A stretch of 64,000 nucleotides of DNA, from NCBI GenBank assembly GCA_951406725.2, contig OX597833.1:33604001-33668000 (forward strand), in the 5' to 3' direction. The first letter of the stretch is position 1, and each line of letters begins with the position of its first letter. The stretch comes from Octopus vulgaris (lineage: Eukaryota). Under the pieces are notes generated by a model. That model did not search any database, was not told the origin of the DNA, and saw only the letters and a program-made list of their open reading frames with translations. Position numbers and translations under genes: made by a program. Shown piece after piece: positions 27,939-42,389 of this stretch.

Positions 27939-30900
27939 CATAGATATGTACATATGTACATGCATGCAGGCACACACACACACAGAAGCTTACACACACA
28001 CACACGCACACACACACACATACATACACATGCATACATAAAAAAGAAAATTTCAACAAAAGATACAACAGTGTTTTATCAATAGCACAAAGGAGGAAAA
28101 ATTTCTTTTTCATTTTGTTATATATATTTTTTACAAAACTTCTGAAATAGTCAATATGAATGATATAATGATAATCATCATGAATATGTGTACAAAAAAT
28201 ATATATAAAAAACAATTTCCGTTAGAAATTAAAAATAAAAACGAACAAAAATGATATTACAGAATAGTTTTGATGTTTGATTTATATTAAAAAAGAGAAA
28301 CCTTTTATAGGCTTTTAAAACAGTCAATACTAACAATCTATAAATGTAGAAAGTAGAGCAATTGCAGTGGAAGACATGCAGTAAGATATTGTCAGTCTCA
28401 ACATTACATTTTTAGCTTTTGATATTTCCTTTGTAATTTGTCAGTTTATTTTAATACTTTTCCTTCTTCTTTGTGATGTACTGAAATAGATAAATGACAC
28501 GTGTGTGTGGGTGTGTGTACACACACCAACACACACATACATATATCTATACATATTAAAATACCTGTAGGATAAACAAAAATAATGATAATAAATAAAG
28601 GAAATAATAGCACATTTTTTTTACCTACTTTCATAATAATCAATTATAATGCGATAGAAAAAAGGTATGCAAAAATATGGAACAGCTTCAACAAAATATT
28701 TACGGAAATCAAATAATTTTTAGTTATTTATGTATTAGTTTTATTTTTTATTGTGTATTGCAGCAATTAATATTTATTTATGTAAAGGCACAAAACTATG
28801 TGGAAAAATTAGGCCAACTTTGTTTATACTGAGAGCAGTCAATATTGATTTCGTTACATTGGCATTAGGGTCGATTTTACCAGTAAGCGTATGTAGGCAT
28901 AGTTGATTGAATCAACTTGAGTACATGTCTGGTACTTTATTTTTGTTAATGCCTTCCGTAGGGATAATAGGCTAACCTTACATCTGTGTATTTTGAACTC
29001 TGAATGCAGAGACCAAACTGTATGACTAGAAAAGAAAGTATTTAATCTCATATATTATTGTGTCACATACTTATTTAGTGTGGTAAGTATTAAATATTAA
29101 ATTCAAAATACTTATGGAGTGAGGACAAAGACAATTTTAGCTCAGTGAATGACTAATGATTAATTTTATAATTGTGGGCAAATATGGAAGGAACATGTTT
29201 CAGCCTTATTAGATCTTCTGCAAAGCATAAACTTTAGCATACCAGCTAATATAGTGATAAAAGTATCACTAAATTGAAATACAATATTGCACTTAGAAAA
29301 ATATCAACTTGAGTTAATATTTCAGAGTTGCCATCTGCATAAAAACCAATAGTTTATGTTAACATTTTTAATATGGAGAGTATCAAATATCTAATTAGAA
29401 ATACTTATGCTGCAAGGGAAATACATCAACTGTGTGTCTTTGTCTGTGTTTGTTCCCACTACAACTTGATAACCGGTGTTGGTGTGTTTGTGTCCTCATA
29501 AAGTAGCAGTTCAGCAAAAGAAACTAACTGAATAAATACTAGACTCTAAAAACAAAATATTAATTTTAATGATTAAGACAGCAAGCATTGTTAGCATGCT
29601 GGGCAGTGTTTTATCCATTATGTTCTGAGTTCAAATTCTGTCAAAGTTGATTTTGCCTTTCATCCTTTTGGGGTCAATAAAAGAAGTACCAGTTGAATGA
29701 ACACTAGGATCACTATAATCAACATTGCTGTGCCAAAATTTGAAACCCATATTGTTTTAATGATTTTAGCAAATATCTACGTGTTTTTGTTCAACACATC
29801 TCAGTAAACCATATATTTTGCCATACTTGCTGAAAGAAATTTGTTTTTAAGCATTCAGTTTTCTTTCTCAACATTCTGAGCTCAAATCTTGCCAAAGTAC
29901 TGACAATACACCTTATTTTTAAAGTTGAAATATTTTCCCAATTTGTAAAATTAAAGATTCATTATTTTTCATAACATAGATGTGCCCACACAAGGTTTTG
30001 CATGTTTTCTATTTCCCTCAAGCACTAGAAAAGGGTTACTCACCTCTAACATGATATCATTATCATTATTTTCTCACCAACTAGTCTCTTTACAGTGCCC
30101 TTAGTTATTTCCTATCTTCATTAACTTGATGCAGTGCTAGATTTTGATTTGATGTAGACATTAACTACATGAGGCTTAGAAGAGCCCCTGTTAGAAAAAA
30201 TTATACAAGGCTTTTTAATAATTTTTAGGTACCTGCAATATGTGAAGCCCTAACTTGTCTTGATTAACTTTGAGAGCGGTCAATATTGATTTCGTTACAT
30301 TGGCATTAGGGCCAATTTTACCAGTAAGAGTATGTAGGCATAGTTGGTTGAATCAACTTGAGTACACGTCTGGTACTTTATTTTTGTCCAATCCCATTTC
30401 ATACTGTGATTATCTTCTTCTTTAATTCATATTCAACATACATCTAAGATAATGCCCAATAATTTCTTTCTTTCTGGTGTAATATTAAAAGATAAGTTAA
30501 GGTGGAGAGCTAGCAAAATCATTAGCATGCCAGGCAAAATACAATAATAACGATAACCAATTACATCCCCTTAGATTTTTCTAATTGTTGAATTGTTCAG
30601 TCATAAACTCCACACACAACATGGACAAAAAAATTCTTCTTAAGAAAATACATATTTAAATAAATTCTAAATATATATATATATACACACACACACACAT
30701 ATATCTGTGTGTCCTTGTGTCTGTGTTTGTTCCCACTACAACTTGATAACCGGTGTTGGTGTGTTTATGTCCTCATAAAGTAGCAGTTCAGCAAAAGAGA
30801 CTAACTGAATAAATACTAGACTCTAAAAACAAAAAGTAAGTGCTAGGGTCGATACATTTGACTAAAACAAATTTTTCAAGACAGTAACCCCAGCAGTCTA

Positions 30901-31209
30901 ATGACTGAGACAAGTAAAGCTATGCTTGTGTCTTTTTCTCTTTCACTTCTCTGCAGATTTTAAGGACAGAATATCAATACATGAAAGTTGTGGCCAGTAA
31001 TCTTTGCTGCTTGTCATTTCATGTGTAGATTTTATTTGGCAAAGTGCAGGCAGGCATGGCTGTGTGATTAAGAACCTCCCTTTCAAGCCACATGGTTCTG
31101 GGCTCATTTCCACTGCATGTCACCTTGGGAAAATGTCTTCTATAACCACAGGCTCACCAAAGTCTTGTGAGTGGATTCAATTGAAAGACACTGAAAGTGG
31201 CTCATTTTT

Positions 31210-31242
<33 letters not shown>

Positions 31243-33768
31243 TTGCAAACAAATGTCATCATTTAACAAATTAGTAGCCTTCATTTCCAAGTTTTCAGGA
31301 AAACATGTCCAGTCATGGAGAAACATTACTTTGTTTGAAAACAGAAGAAAGTTCATGACAGGAAGGGCGTCTGGGCATAGAAAATCTACCCCAACTCATC
31401 CTATCTGACCCATACAAGTATGGGAAAGTGGTCATTAAAAACAACAATGATAATGATGATGATGAATATATCTCACAAGTTGTCAACTTGCTGGTGATGT
31501 GTTTAATTTCTTAGTTTTCTTTAATCCTTGTCAAGTTACAAACTCCTGACAAGCAGAAATGCCACCGATTATAACAGGTCAGATTTGAACACAGAATTGG
31601 AACAGCATTGCTAGGCTTCCCTTCTGACAATCCTGCCAATCCACTGCTGAATGAAAGACAAAATAATACATCAGTGAAATTTGAACAGACAGAATCAATA
31701 CGGCAAAGGATTCTATCTGATGATCAAGCAATCCTTCCAATTTACCTGCCCTCTTGAAACAGTAGTCTACTGGTGTTAAATTAAATGACTATATATGCCT
31801 GTCTCTGTACATTTGTGGCAGTATGCCAATGTGAGTAATTAATATTAAATAAGTATATACAACAAGGGAAATTACTTGCAAAAATCATTTGAGCTTTTAT
31901 CAATGATTTATCAGTACTTCCGTATGTAAATGGTAACCATGGTTAGTGGTTGTCATTGTTGTTGAGTCCCTGATCATCAGATCATCCCTGACCAAATAGA
32001 CATGACCATCTTGTTTGTGTTTTCTTTTTTTTTTTGGTGGGGGTTGAAGATATGACAACATTCTGTGAAATTGTTTAATGTATGCTTCTTTTTTTTAAGA
32101 TACAAGGGTATGATTTGAGGGAGATTTAGCTATTTCTAGAAGGTCGAGTGTTGGTAGTGAATGCTTGGTGGTGCTGTATGTAGCAGTGGTCGTGGTGGTG
32201 GTGATAATTGTGTGTGGTAGTGGAAGGTGATGAGGTGGTGGTGGTTGGATTGGAAGCTGGTGGTGTGTGTGTGGTTGAGGTGTGTGGCAGTAATGGTAGT
32301 GAGTGGTGATGATGGTGGTATTTGTGTGTTTGCGCATATGTGTGTGTGGTGATGGGTTTAGTAGGTGTATGATGCTAGTAGTGTGTATGTATATGTGTAT
32401 GAGATTAGTAGTGATACAGTGTGTGTGACTGTGGTGGATGTGTGGTGATGTGTTGTGTATATGATGGTGGTAGTATGTATAGTAATGTATGGCATACAAG
32501 ACGGTGGCAGTATGTGAATGTGGTAGTGAGATGGTAGTTTATGTGGTGGTATGTGGTGTGTGTGTATGTGTAGCGCTTGTATGTGTATGGTGCTGGTGCA
32601 TGTATGTGGTGTTTTATGGTAGTGCATGTCTGTGAATAAGTATAGTAGTGGTACCGTGTATAGTGCTGTGTGTGTGTGTAGGATGTTGTTGTAAGGTGGT
32701 GTGTGTGCAGTTGTATGTGTATGTGTTTATGTGTCTATATTTTAGTGATGGTTTGAGAAAACAATAGTCGTCTGTCTCATCATTAATACATCAATTTCCT
32801 GTAGAAAGAAATTAGGTTGGAATGAGCTCTCTCTTTCTGTTGTAAACAAAGATTCCAGATTATTGGTAAAATCTCAGTGAATTACCTTTCTGAGTGCTGC
32901 TGTTTAGCCCCAGGTCAGCCTTCATTGAGAACAGCATTGAGCAATGTTATTCTAGGCATACCTATATTTTTAAGTATATCTGGAACTACATTAAAATGGA
33001 AGAATGTGATTCAAGGGAAATTTGGTTATTTCTAGCATGCTGTCCGGCCATGTAAAGGTTCTGAACCCCTGCTGACTTTGTATTTTCCTTTCTCCTTTGA
33101 TTGAGGGTAACAGAGGTTCTCACCAAGCATTGGTTCATTATCTGTTACTGTATTTCTGATAGCTGTTTTTGTTGTTTGGTCCCAGGCCAGCCCTGGTTGA
33201 TGTAAATTTATAATCAAAGGCATTCCAACCATAACCATCCAATCATATTTTCATACATAATGTATTGCTAGGATCACATTAACTAATGTCCCTTCCTCTT
33301 TCAAGATAGTGGGATGTAGCTTGAAAGAGATTTGCCTGTTATTTTAACAACAATGTAAAGACCGCTAGGTGTTAGTGTGCATACATTGTATGCAATAGGA
33401 CAGTCTTGATGCATTGCATGCAGTATTGTGCAGCCATTTTACAATGTTCTCTTATGTAAACAATGAGTTTGGGGCAGATAGGAGTTAAAAAATGAACTTA
33501 CCTGCTATGGTGCATAAAACATTACAAGCATTTATAATAGGTTAACAAATCTACTTTATTCAATGAATTTAATAATTTGCTGTAATTTAATGTCTGTGTG
33601 TAGTACACACTGAACACAAACCCCTGACTCTACTAGGAGGTGTCTTCCAGTGAATGAGGAATACTCTACAGAGTCAATCAATCTCTAAGAAAAAGCAAAC
33701 AAATCTTACACAAATCATATTGTACAATTTTAAAATAAGGCAGGACATACTGGATAATGCATTTTTCT

Positions 33769-33800
<32 letters not shown>

Positions 33801-36518
33801 TGTATGTATGTATGTATGTATGGATGGATGGATGGATGGATGTATGTATGTATGTATGGTATGTATGTACATACGTATGCATGCATACATGCATGCATGT
33901 ATGTATGCATACACTCATACATTTATACACTCATAAACAGAAGAATCAAGTCTATTACTGGATGAATATTTGATTTATCTCAGGAGGCTGAAAGATAAAT
34001 TTTATTTTGATAGGATTTGAACTCAGGGTGCAGATAGCCAGAATAAATACCACAATGTATACTATATATACACTCAAACATCTGACAATTTGCTGCAGTA
34101 TAGTTCTGGATATACAAAATTATGGGATGACCACAGGTAGAATGTCTTTGATTATCAGGTTCATTCAATCAGGTTCTTTCATTATCAGGTTCATTTAGAC
34201 TTGGGAGCTAAACAACAACTTTATGCATTTCACTCTAATTACATATTGATAAGCTTCTGGTCAGCCATTCATCTATGACAAAGCCCTACGGTGTCAGCAA
34301 AACTCCAGGAGTCATGGGCAACCTCTTTCAAAATGTGGGCTAAATGAGACATGCTTTATTATTAGGTAGGCTACATTACTAAAAAAATTGAGGTATGTTT
34401 TCCTTTGGCATGCCATTCAGAAAGTATCATAGGCCACATTTTTCCCATATCTGCTTTAGCATTAGACATTGGTTGCTGTCTTGACTTCTGCAATAAAAGT
34501 AAACTCCAAGCAGACATAAACAAACAAACACTGGTTATTAAGCAGTAGTGGAGGACAATCACAACACAAACACAAAGATACACATACACATAGATATATC
34601 CATACATATATACATATACTTGGCAGGTTTCTTTCAATTTTCGACTACCATATCCACTGACAAGGCTTTGATCAGCCCAGGGCTATAACAGAAGACACTT
34701 GCCCAAGGTACCACACAGTTGAGTTGAAATTGGAACCATGTGGTTGAGAAGCAAATTTCATACCACACAGTCACTCTGGCACCTATATAGAACATCATCT
34801 AATGTGACTTTTCCTTGAGACAACAGGGTATGATATGAAGGAGACTTGACTGTAATTCTAACAGGCTATGCAACCACACCAGAGACTGCTTCACTGACTT
34901 GAATTATTCAAGTAAAGTTGTGTAAGGTTGTGTTGTTAAGTGTAGATATGTAGGTGGTTTGATGTATCATATATATATCATCCATGGTCAATATAAAAGT
35001 GCAAATGGTTTGTGATTAGAATAGGAAGTTGAGTGATCTATTATTGATGTAAAAGTGTGAATTTTAAAACTTGTTCGATGGATTATTGATATTTTGGTCA
35101 GGCTGATTTTAGCTGTATGTTGTTACCCATATTTAAGTTAAGTCTATCAGAAGTTTTCAAGGAAACCGTTTCTTTATACACAAACATTACAATGATTATA
35201 ATGCTTATTTGCCATGGTTTATATTACTGATTACCAACAGTGAGTTATGTTGGCTAAGAATTAAATAGCTACATCTTCATGTGGATGGGAGGCGAGAATA
35301 AAGAATGTCTTGTAGCCATGCCTGAAGATGTATTCATAGTAGACAAGTGATTTCTTTTTAACCCAGCATCAGATGTTTGGCCAAGAATCCTGTTCGCCTG
35401 TCTTCTCTGGAATCTCTCCATCTCTGCTATGTCAGTGCACATGTTTTACATGTCTTGTCCCTCTGCCCACAAGAGCTTGCCATGAACAGGGCCAGCTCAA
35501 GGTACCACTAACTCAAGCAGTTGCTCGTGGTCCAATGTGCTTTTTAGTCTACATTTTCAGTTTTTCTCCTTGTGAAAGTTTTAAAAAATTATACTTGTAA
35601 GGGTGCTGAGGTTCAGCTTGCCTGGGCACCAGCAACCCTAGGGCCAGCCTTGGCCACAAACCTCAATGTAAAGCCATGTTTTAGCAGGAAACTCAAGGAA
35701 AATTCCATCAATCATATGGTTGTAGCTAAAATACTATTGGTCAGAATTCAGGGCAAATCACCTGATATGTTGTGGTCTATTTCTCATTACTGAGCTGATG
35801 CAGTTTCAAGTTTAAGCCATGCTACAAGTCTATAACTGATGTAGTTGATGTGATCTAGCACAGTATTTTATGGGTATTTATTTCATTGGTCCTACAAGAT
35901 TAGAGGACCAAGTTGACTTTAATGAAATTTGAACTCCTAGCAGAAGGCATCAACATAAAAGTCCCCAAAAGCTTGCAGCACTATGTTGTCCTTCAACCTG
36001 GTTGAAGTTGTAACCAGTTCTCACTCAAACCCCACTCTACCTATGGAAAATTGATGGACATACAGCATAATGCCACCAGAGTTGCACTAATCACGAAAAA
36101 ATGGATGGTCATGCAATAAAGCCTTATTCAAGACTGACCTGGTGCTAACCAATAAACCTTAAATAATTTCCCCCTCACATGAAGCTAGAGGTTAGTAAAT
36201 GAGAGCTTGTGATGTTCATGCTGTTCGGTTATGAGAATAAAGGGAAACTGACCAGAACAATGATAAAAATGTTCGTCAATTTTTTACATAAAAACAGAGG
36301 AAGGCTATCTTAGATGTTTTAATACTTTTAGAAGGAGTATTAATCTTTTCTACTCAAGGCACAAGGCCCGATTAGAAGGAGCATTAATGAATTACGCTTG
36401 CCAGTAGCTTGGCGCAACTTCTATTTTACTGCAAACCATAAATAGCATTATCTCATTATCCATCAATTAACCCTTACCTCCTACCGTTGACATCTAACTT
36501 CTGACCTTCCTTTTACAG

Positions 36519-36613
36519 GCAACATGCAAACAGGTGATGGAGCACATTGACCGTTCACTCAAAGCAGTCTATGAAGGGGCAGATAACTCTACATTGAAAC
36601 AAAAGAAGGCGCA
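36519..36613 (+). CDS. internal coding exon of unidentified proline-rich protein (ATCKQVMEHIDRSLKAVYEGADNSTLKQKKA)
   Basis: ttccttttacAG acceptor, GTAAGT donor, open frame; phase-2 end joins next exon in frame. Confidence 0.8.
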
Positions 36614-38761
36614 GTAAGTTTGACACATGATTTTATTTATCTGTTCATACAATAGGTTCAGTGTTATTGTTGGGGATTAACGTTTTTTCATGGGACTTTC
36701 TGCTTCACATCTATCGTACGTTTGTTTGTTTTTCGCTTGTTTCCTGCTTGTCTGAAATATTTGCTTTCCCTCATAATTCTGTCAGCTTGCTTGTATAAGT
36801 GTGCGTACACTTGCACACACATACATATATTGAAAGAAGAACGAGCGCATGCAACCGAAAGATGAGTAAATAGGGAGTGGTTCATATTCTTTGAATGAAT
36901 AAATGTATGTATTGAGTTCGTACTTTTGTTTTTCCGTTTTTGACAACTCGCCTACTAATATAGTTGGCAGTAGTCCAGCATGTAACCAAGTTTTCTCTTG
37001 TCAGAAGCCTGTTCAGCGGCCTGCATGCCTGTCCGTAAATATATCTATTCGTGATATAGTTTGTTGATTATTACTGTTACTACATTAAAACTATTAAAAT
37101 AACAATAATAACAACCACAACAAGCAACCTCGCCATCAAACTGCACCCTGTCGTTTTCTTTTTGTTTTTGTTTTTTTAATAGAGATATAAGGATAAGCAA
37201 CAGCAACGAATAGTACTGTAAGAATAACGAGTCCTTTCACAGTCGTTCGACCTATGGAAAATTGATGGACATACAGCATAATGCCATCAGAGTTGCACTA
37301 ATCACGAAAAAATGCAGCCAAAACTCCCTCAAATCAAACCTGGGATCGCCTTAAAAAGGGCTCAGATACTTGGAGGAAAATGGGGAGGGGGGAACAGGGT
37401 TATAGCTGGAATACTTTTGATCAAAGGTTTATTTGATTAGGGATACCTGGGGCTAAACAACAACAATAGTAAAGCCATTTGACAGTCATTCGCTCTGCTA
37501 TAATTAGCAGCTAAATCCCTCGGATTGCACATTACTATCTTACAAAGTGAAAGGGCACATTAAGTTTTGTAGTCCTGGATATACCAGCAAAATGGATGGT
37601 TACTCTGGAATATGTTTAATCATAGGTCTGCTCCATCAGAAGTTGACCTGAGGTTAAATAACCACAACTACAACAAAACACATACAAAATAGCTAAAACA
37701 AATGTCCTCTCTTGGCCCATTCTGTAAGCTACAGTTAAAAAAACATTATCTCTACCATCATCACAACCACTACTTCCACCGACCACACCGTCGTCAATAT
37801 CACCACAACCACAATGTTACAAACACTGCCACCACAAATATCACCACTTCAGTGTTCCAGGCATCTTCCCCACCATTGACAACACCATCACATACACAAT
37901 GCAACAATCACTACTGTCACCACCACATGTTACAACCACCTTCATTAACACTGTTACAGCCATTATAACCACCACCACCACATTTCTATAGTAATCCCTA
38001 ACCTTCTGCTGCCTACATATTACTTATTATGAACCAAAGAATGAATATCTATGCAGTCATTTCATATTCTAGAAATAGCTGTCAAATCTCCCTCAAGTCA
38101 AACCCTGCCATCTTCATAAAGGAGGACATATTGGAAAATATGTCAGAAAAAGAAAGACTGGATCACCAATGATGGAATGTCTTTGATTATAGGTCTACTT
38201 GATCAGGACTAACCTGGGCTTAAAATAAAACCCAGCACCACACATATATAGTTACTTACTTCTGCTCACCTCTAAAAAGCAGATTTAGTTTAAGAGACAT
38301 ACACTTTCATCAGCTATAAAGACCTGTACGCACAATAATATCATTATGTAGCTGTTATAAATTAACCGGCTTTTGTTAATTGGAGTTAATTGTCACATTG
38401 TTTTGTTGGGGAGGGGGGCCATACCATAGTCTAGAAAGACAGTGAAAGTGGTGGGTTGATGTTAACTGATATTGCTAGGAATAAACTTTAACATATCATT
38501 AGAACCGCAAACAGAATGCTTTGTGATATTTATTCTGGCCCTGTATTTTCTGAGTTCAAATTCCACTATGGTCATCATTGCTTTTTATCTTTTGAGGATT
38601 GATAAAATAAAGTACTAGTCTAGCGTGATGGCTTGGCAGGATTGTTAGAGCAATGGACAAAATACTTTGTTGTATTCGTTTCAGGGTCCTTGGATTCTGA
38701 ATGACCAGGTAGGTGTAGTGAACTTGTCTGTATCTAACTGAAAAGATGGTGTTTAAAATAC

Positions 38762-38955
38762 CTGAATTAAAGCTGTATGAAACCACTTTTGTGTTTTTCC
38801 ACAAAAATTCCACAAGTTTTTCATTCTTGTCAATGAAATCACCAGGGGTCATTTGTTGACCTAATGGTGTATATTCTCCCAAGTCCAATAAAGAATGGGT
38901 CAACCTATCAAAGAATAATTTAAGATTCTTATAAAATATTGAATCTGGTGAAAAT
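38762..38955 (-). CDS. candidate antisense exon nested in the + strand intron (FSPDSIFYKNLKLFFDRLTHSLLDLGEYTPLGQQMTPGDFIDKNEKLVEFLWKNTKVVSYSFNS)
   Basis: T-rich tract plus catgcAG acceptor, CAG/GTATTT donor, 64 open codons of non-repetitive sequence. Confidence 0.4.
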
Positions 38956-39150
38956 CTGCATGTTATGAATGAAACAAAAAACAAAAAGAAGAGTTTGTAG
39001 AAAGTCAAGTAATTCAGTTGTAAAGAGTAAAAATTCTAACATTTTGTACTCCTACTCTTCAAAAAAGAGTAGAATAGGGATCAGCATGTTTTTTGTGATG
39101 ACCCTTTTTTAATTCTTTCACATATTCCCATGGCCCACATGCATATTATA

Positions 39151-39368
39151 TATTCTTTTCTACTCTAGGCACAAGGCCCGAAATTTTTGGGGAGGGGTTC
39201 AGTCGATTAGATCTACCCCAGTACGCAACTGGTACTTAATTTATTGACCCCAAAAGGATGAAAGGCAACGTTGACATCAGCAGAATTTGAACTCAGAACA
39301 TAAAGACAGACAAAATACCACTAAGTATTTTGCCCGGCGTGGTAATGTTTCTGCCAGCTTGCCACCTT
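39151..39368 (-). mobile_element. tRNA-derived SINE (family B)
   Basis: GGTGGCAAGCTGGCAGAA head and GAGTTCAAATTC B-box on - strand; relatives at ~5705-5915, 8855-9015, 29575-29752, 40735-41005, 54198-54357, 61051-61271. Confidence 0.75.
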
Positions 39369-39449
39369 ATACTATATCATATATTACATATAAGATAATC
39401 ACCACAGATACCCAACCCTCATTTCCATCACTAGTGGAGCAAATATTTA

Positions 39450-40500
39450 ACAAATTTCACTTGTCATTCATCAATGGCTAGGGAGATTCATAAATGGGCT
39501 CTCATGAAATTAGTTGAAAAACCATGTTCTTGATATCAGAAAACTGTCCCAATCTAGCATGCAAATCTGTCAAAAATTGCTTATCTATGGACCGTAACAG
39601 TCTTTTGTCTCCTGGTTCAGTGACTTCATGTCACAGTACGCCATTGCAGCATGAGCTGGTAGAGTTCCCCATGACTCATGCTCTACCTATTCTGGTATGA
39701 CAACAGGTTTGGTAATTTTTTCCCCCACACTTTTCTCTACATCACCAACCTCTTGGCATCACTTTTAACAATGCCCATTGTTTTGCAACTGATTGTAACA
39801 CTCATTCCTCTACATCTTCTTCAACCAACTGCCAGACACATGCAACCTAAGCACCTTACACCAAACCTGCACTAACTCCATGAATAGAGATCTTGAAAAT
39901 GCTCTCCAATTGGGATATTGCTAATCTTGAGTCCTTCAGTTAAAAAGTGTAATCACAACGTATATGCAAGAAAACTCTCCAAATCATAAACAGCACACAA
40001 CTAGAATCCTCAAGGTTGTAACAAATGCAACACTTTGCCATCATTGAGGATCACTCCTGGTGAATACATATCATCATCATAGCATAATTTGGATGACAAG
40101 GATTGGTCTTCTCCTTGAGAATACCCAACAATTATAAAATTTCTACAAAGTGAGATGCACCATAAAGCACTGTTCCCTCATCTGAGGCTATGATATTGTT
40201 ACATCTTTGGTCACATCCAAAGAAAAACCACACCAATGATTGGTGTCACTCTGACCCTCTCCTGCTTTTACTTTTGTCATAACAGTTGCTTCTGCTTCTC
40301 AGTGTTGGCTATTCTTGCTCCATCCTCTACTTAGCCCCCTCCCCAACTCATTCATGTCTTTTCCTCTTATGAGTGTATCCACTCATCTCCACCCTGGCCA
40401 CTGCATCCAATCTTTCTTCTAAACATACTCCTCTGGAATCTCTTTCCCACACAGGGTGATTTACAGTCTTCAAGAGGAACATCAACCACATTGGTCCTAC
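39450..40500 (+). mobile_element. highly decayed CR1/L2-group LINE reverse transcriptase
   Basis: frameshifted remnants resembling SPTLFLLYINDL..HCFADD and C-terminal LQSFKRNINH. Confidence 0.5.
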
Positions 40501-41866
40501 AAGCAATGGAGGGTGGGAATGGGCTTTAAAAACCATGAATAAAGTCCCTTCTTCCAGAACAAACCAATGAAAGCACTAAAAGCTACTTCTTAGAACCCTT
40601 ACAGTCGAATGCATAATATGCATAAACATCTTTCAAGCATTTTTGTTGTTGTTCATATAAACTGACAATCTCTGGTCATCCTCTCATAAATGCCACTTTT
40701 CTATTATTGTTGTTGTTGCTGTTATTATATAAAAGCAGTAAGTGGCAGAATCATTAGCATGGCAGACGAAATGCTTAGCAGCATTTCATCCATCTTTACA
40801 CACTGGGTTCAAATGCTGCCAAGGTCAACAAAATACTTGAAGAAATGTTTAGAAGCATTTCTTCCAGCTCTTTACATTCTGAGTTCAAATTCTTCAGGTG
40901 ACTTCACATTTCATTCTCTCAAGGCTGATAAGATAAAGTAACAGTCATGTATAGGGGTTAAAATTATCAACAAAGCCCTCTCCCTATGCCAAATTTTGAA
41001 ACCATTATTGTATTACAACTTAGTGAAGAGGAAGGGCAGTATGCATGACATTATTTTCAAGGTTTTTGAGATTGGTGATTGGAATGGAGGAAGTTATCCA
41101 GTTTAAACTGGACACCTAATCTCAATGCTAGTAACAGACTGAACTCTTCTAAAGGTACCAATGGACCAAATGGTATCAGAGTGACATATAAAAAACAAAT
41201 TCTGTGACAGGCTTCTACACAGTTTCCATCTACCAAATTTTACTTACATGACTAATCGAGCCAAGTCTATGGTAAAAATATTTGACGAGGATGCTTCGAA
41301 GTGAAATTGAACCTAAAACCTCACAGTTGAGTCTATCAGCAACTTCCATGTGAGAATATGCCTTTATCAACTAGACCATCTATCAGCTGGAAATATTTTT
41401 TCTTCATGTCTTGTTATTAAATTTGATAATTTTCATGTTTTGTATTAATTTTATTCCTGTTAATGAGGTTGTAGCTTTTTATTGTTTAGCTCTGTGTCCA
41501 AGTAAGCTTTGATCTCATAGACCTATGATGAAAGATGATTTAACCATGAGTAGCCTAAATTGTGTTTCAGACTTAGTGTCTCTAGGATCACATTATCCAA
41601 TGTGTCCTTCTTTCACAAGACAGAGCATGTGATTTGTGAAAGATTCTGGCTGCTGTTTCTAACAGACTGAATGACTGTTCAGAGACTTCCTCATCCACTG
41701 ATTAATATTTTGTTCTGTTGCTTTTCTCTTTACTAACTTATTTTCATCATACCTTGTCTTTCTCTGTCTGTCTGTCTCTCTTTTTCTCATACTCAGACTT
41801 TCTCTCTCTGCCTCTTTCACTCTTTCTTTTTCTCACTTTCTCCCTACCTTTCTCTCACTCCATCAG

Positions 41867-42018
41867 AGTTCTTCGGAAACACAGATTGGAAACATTGGCT
41901 AAGCTAGGCGTTGCTGACCCTGAAATTGGCTCTTCAGCAACACTTCCAAGTTCCGAATCGTGTCGACACAGACCAAAGACCTTCCCTATGTCACAAACTC
42001 TCGGTCGAACTGGTGCAG
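41867..42018 (+). CDS. internal coding exon (VLRKHRLETLAKLGVADPEIGSSATLPSSESCRHRPKTFPMSQTLGRTGA)
   Basis: long CT tract plus catcAG acceptor, CAG/GTACAT donor; phase 2 in and phase 1 out match both neighbours. Confidence 0.85.
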
Positions 42019-42389
42019 GTACATATATGTTTTTTTTCTTTTTATCTCTTTCGTTTCCTAAAAGAATTCAAGAATAGCTCCATCATCATCACCACCACCA
42101 TCATGAGCATCATTAATCCATATATAGAATGCTAAATTCATGCCTCAGTTAGCAAAATATCAGACAACATTGAAGAAGCAGTGTAGTGTAAGTGCATTGT
42201 GGGTAAAATGTGGGCACTGGTGAATACATGTGGAGACAGTTAGGGAACAGTGTGGATCAAGTATATGTGAAATGTGTAGGTTACATACAGTGTGTGTACA
42301 GTATGGGAACATTGTGAGTACAGTGGTTATAGTGAGAGCGAGTGCCTGATGTCTCTCTTCCCATATGGCAACAATAAAAGAGTGATGGA

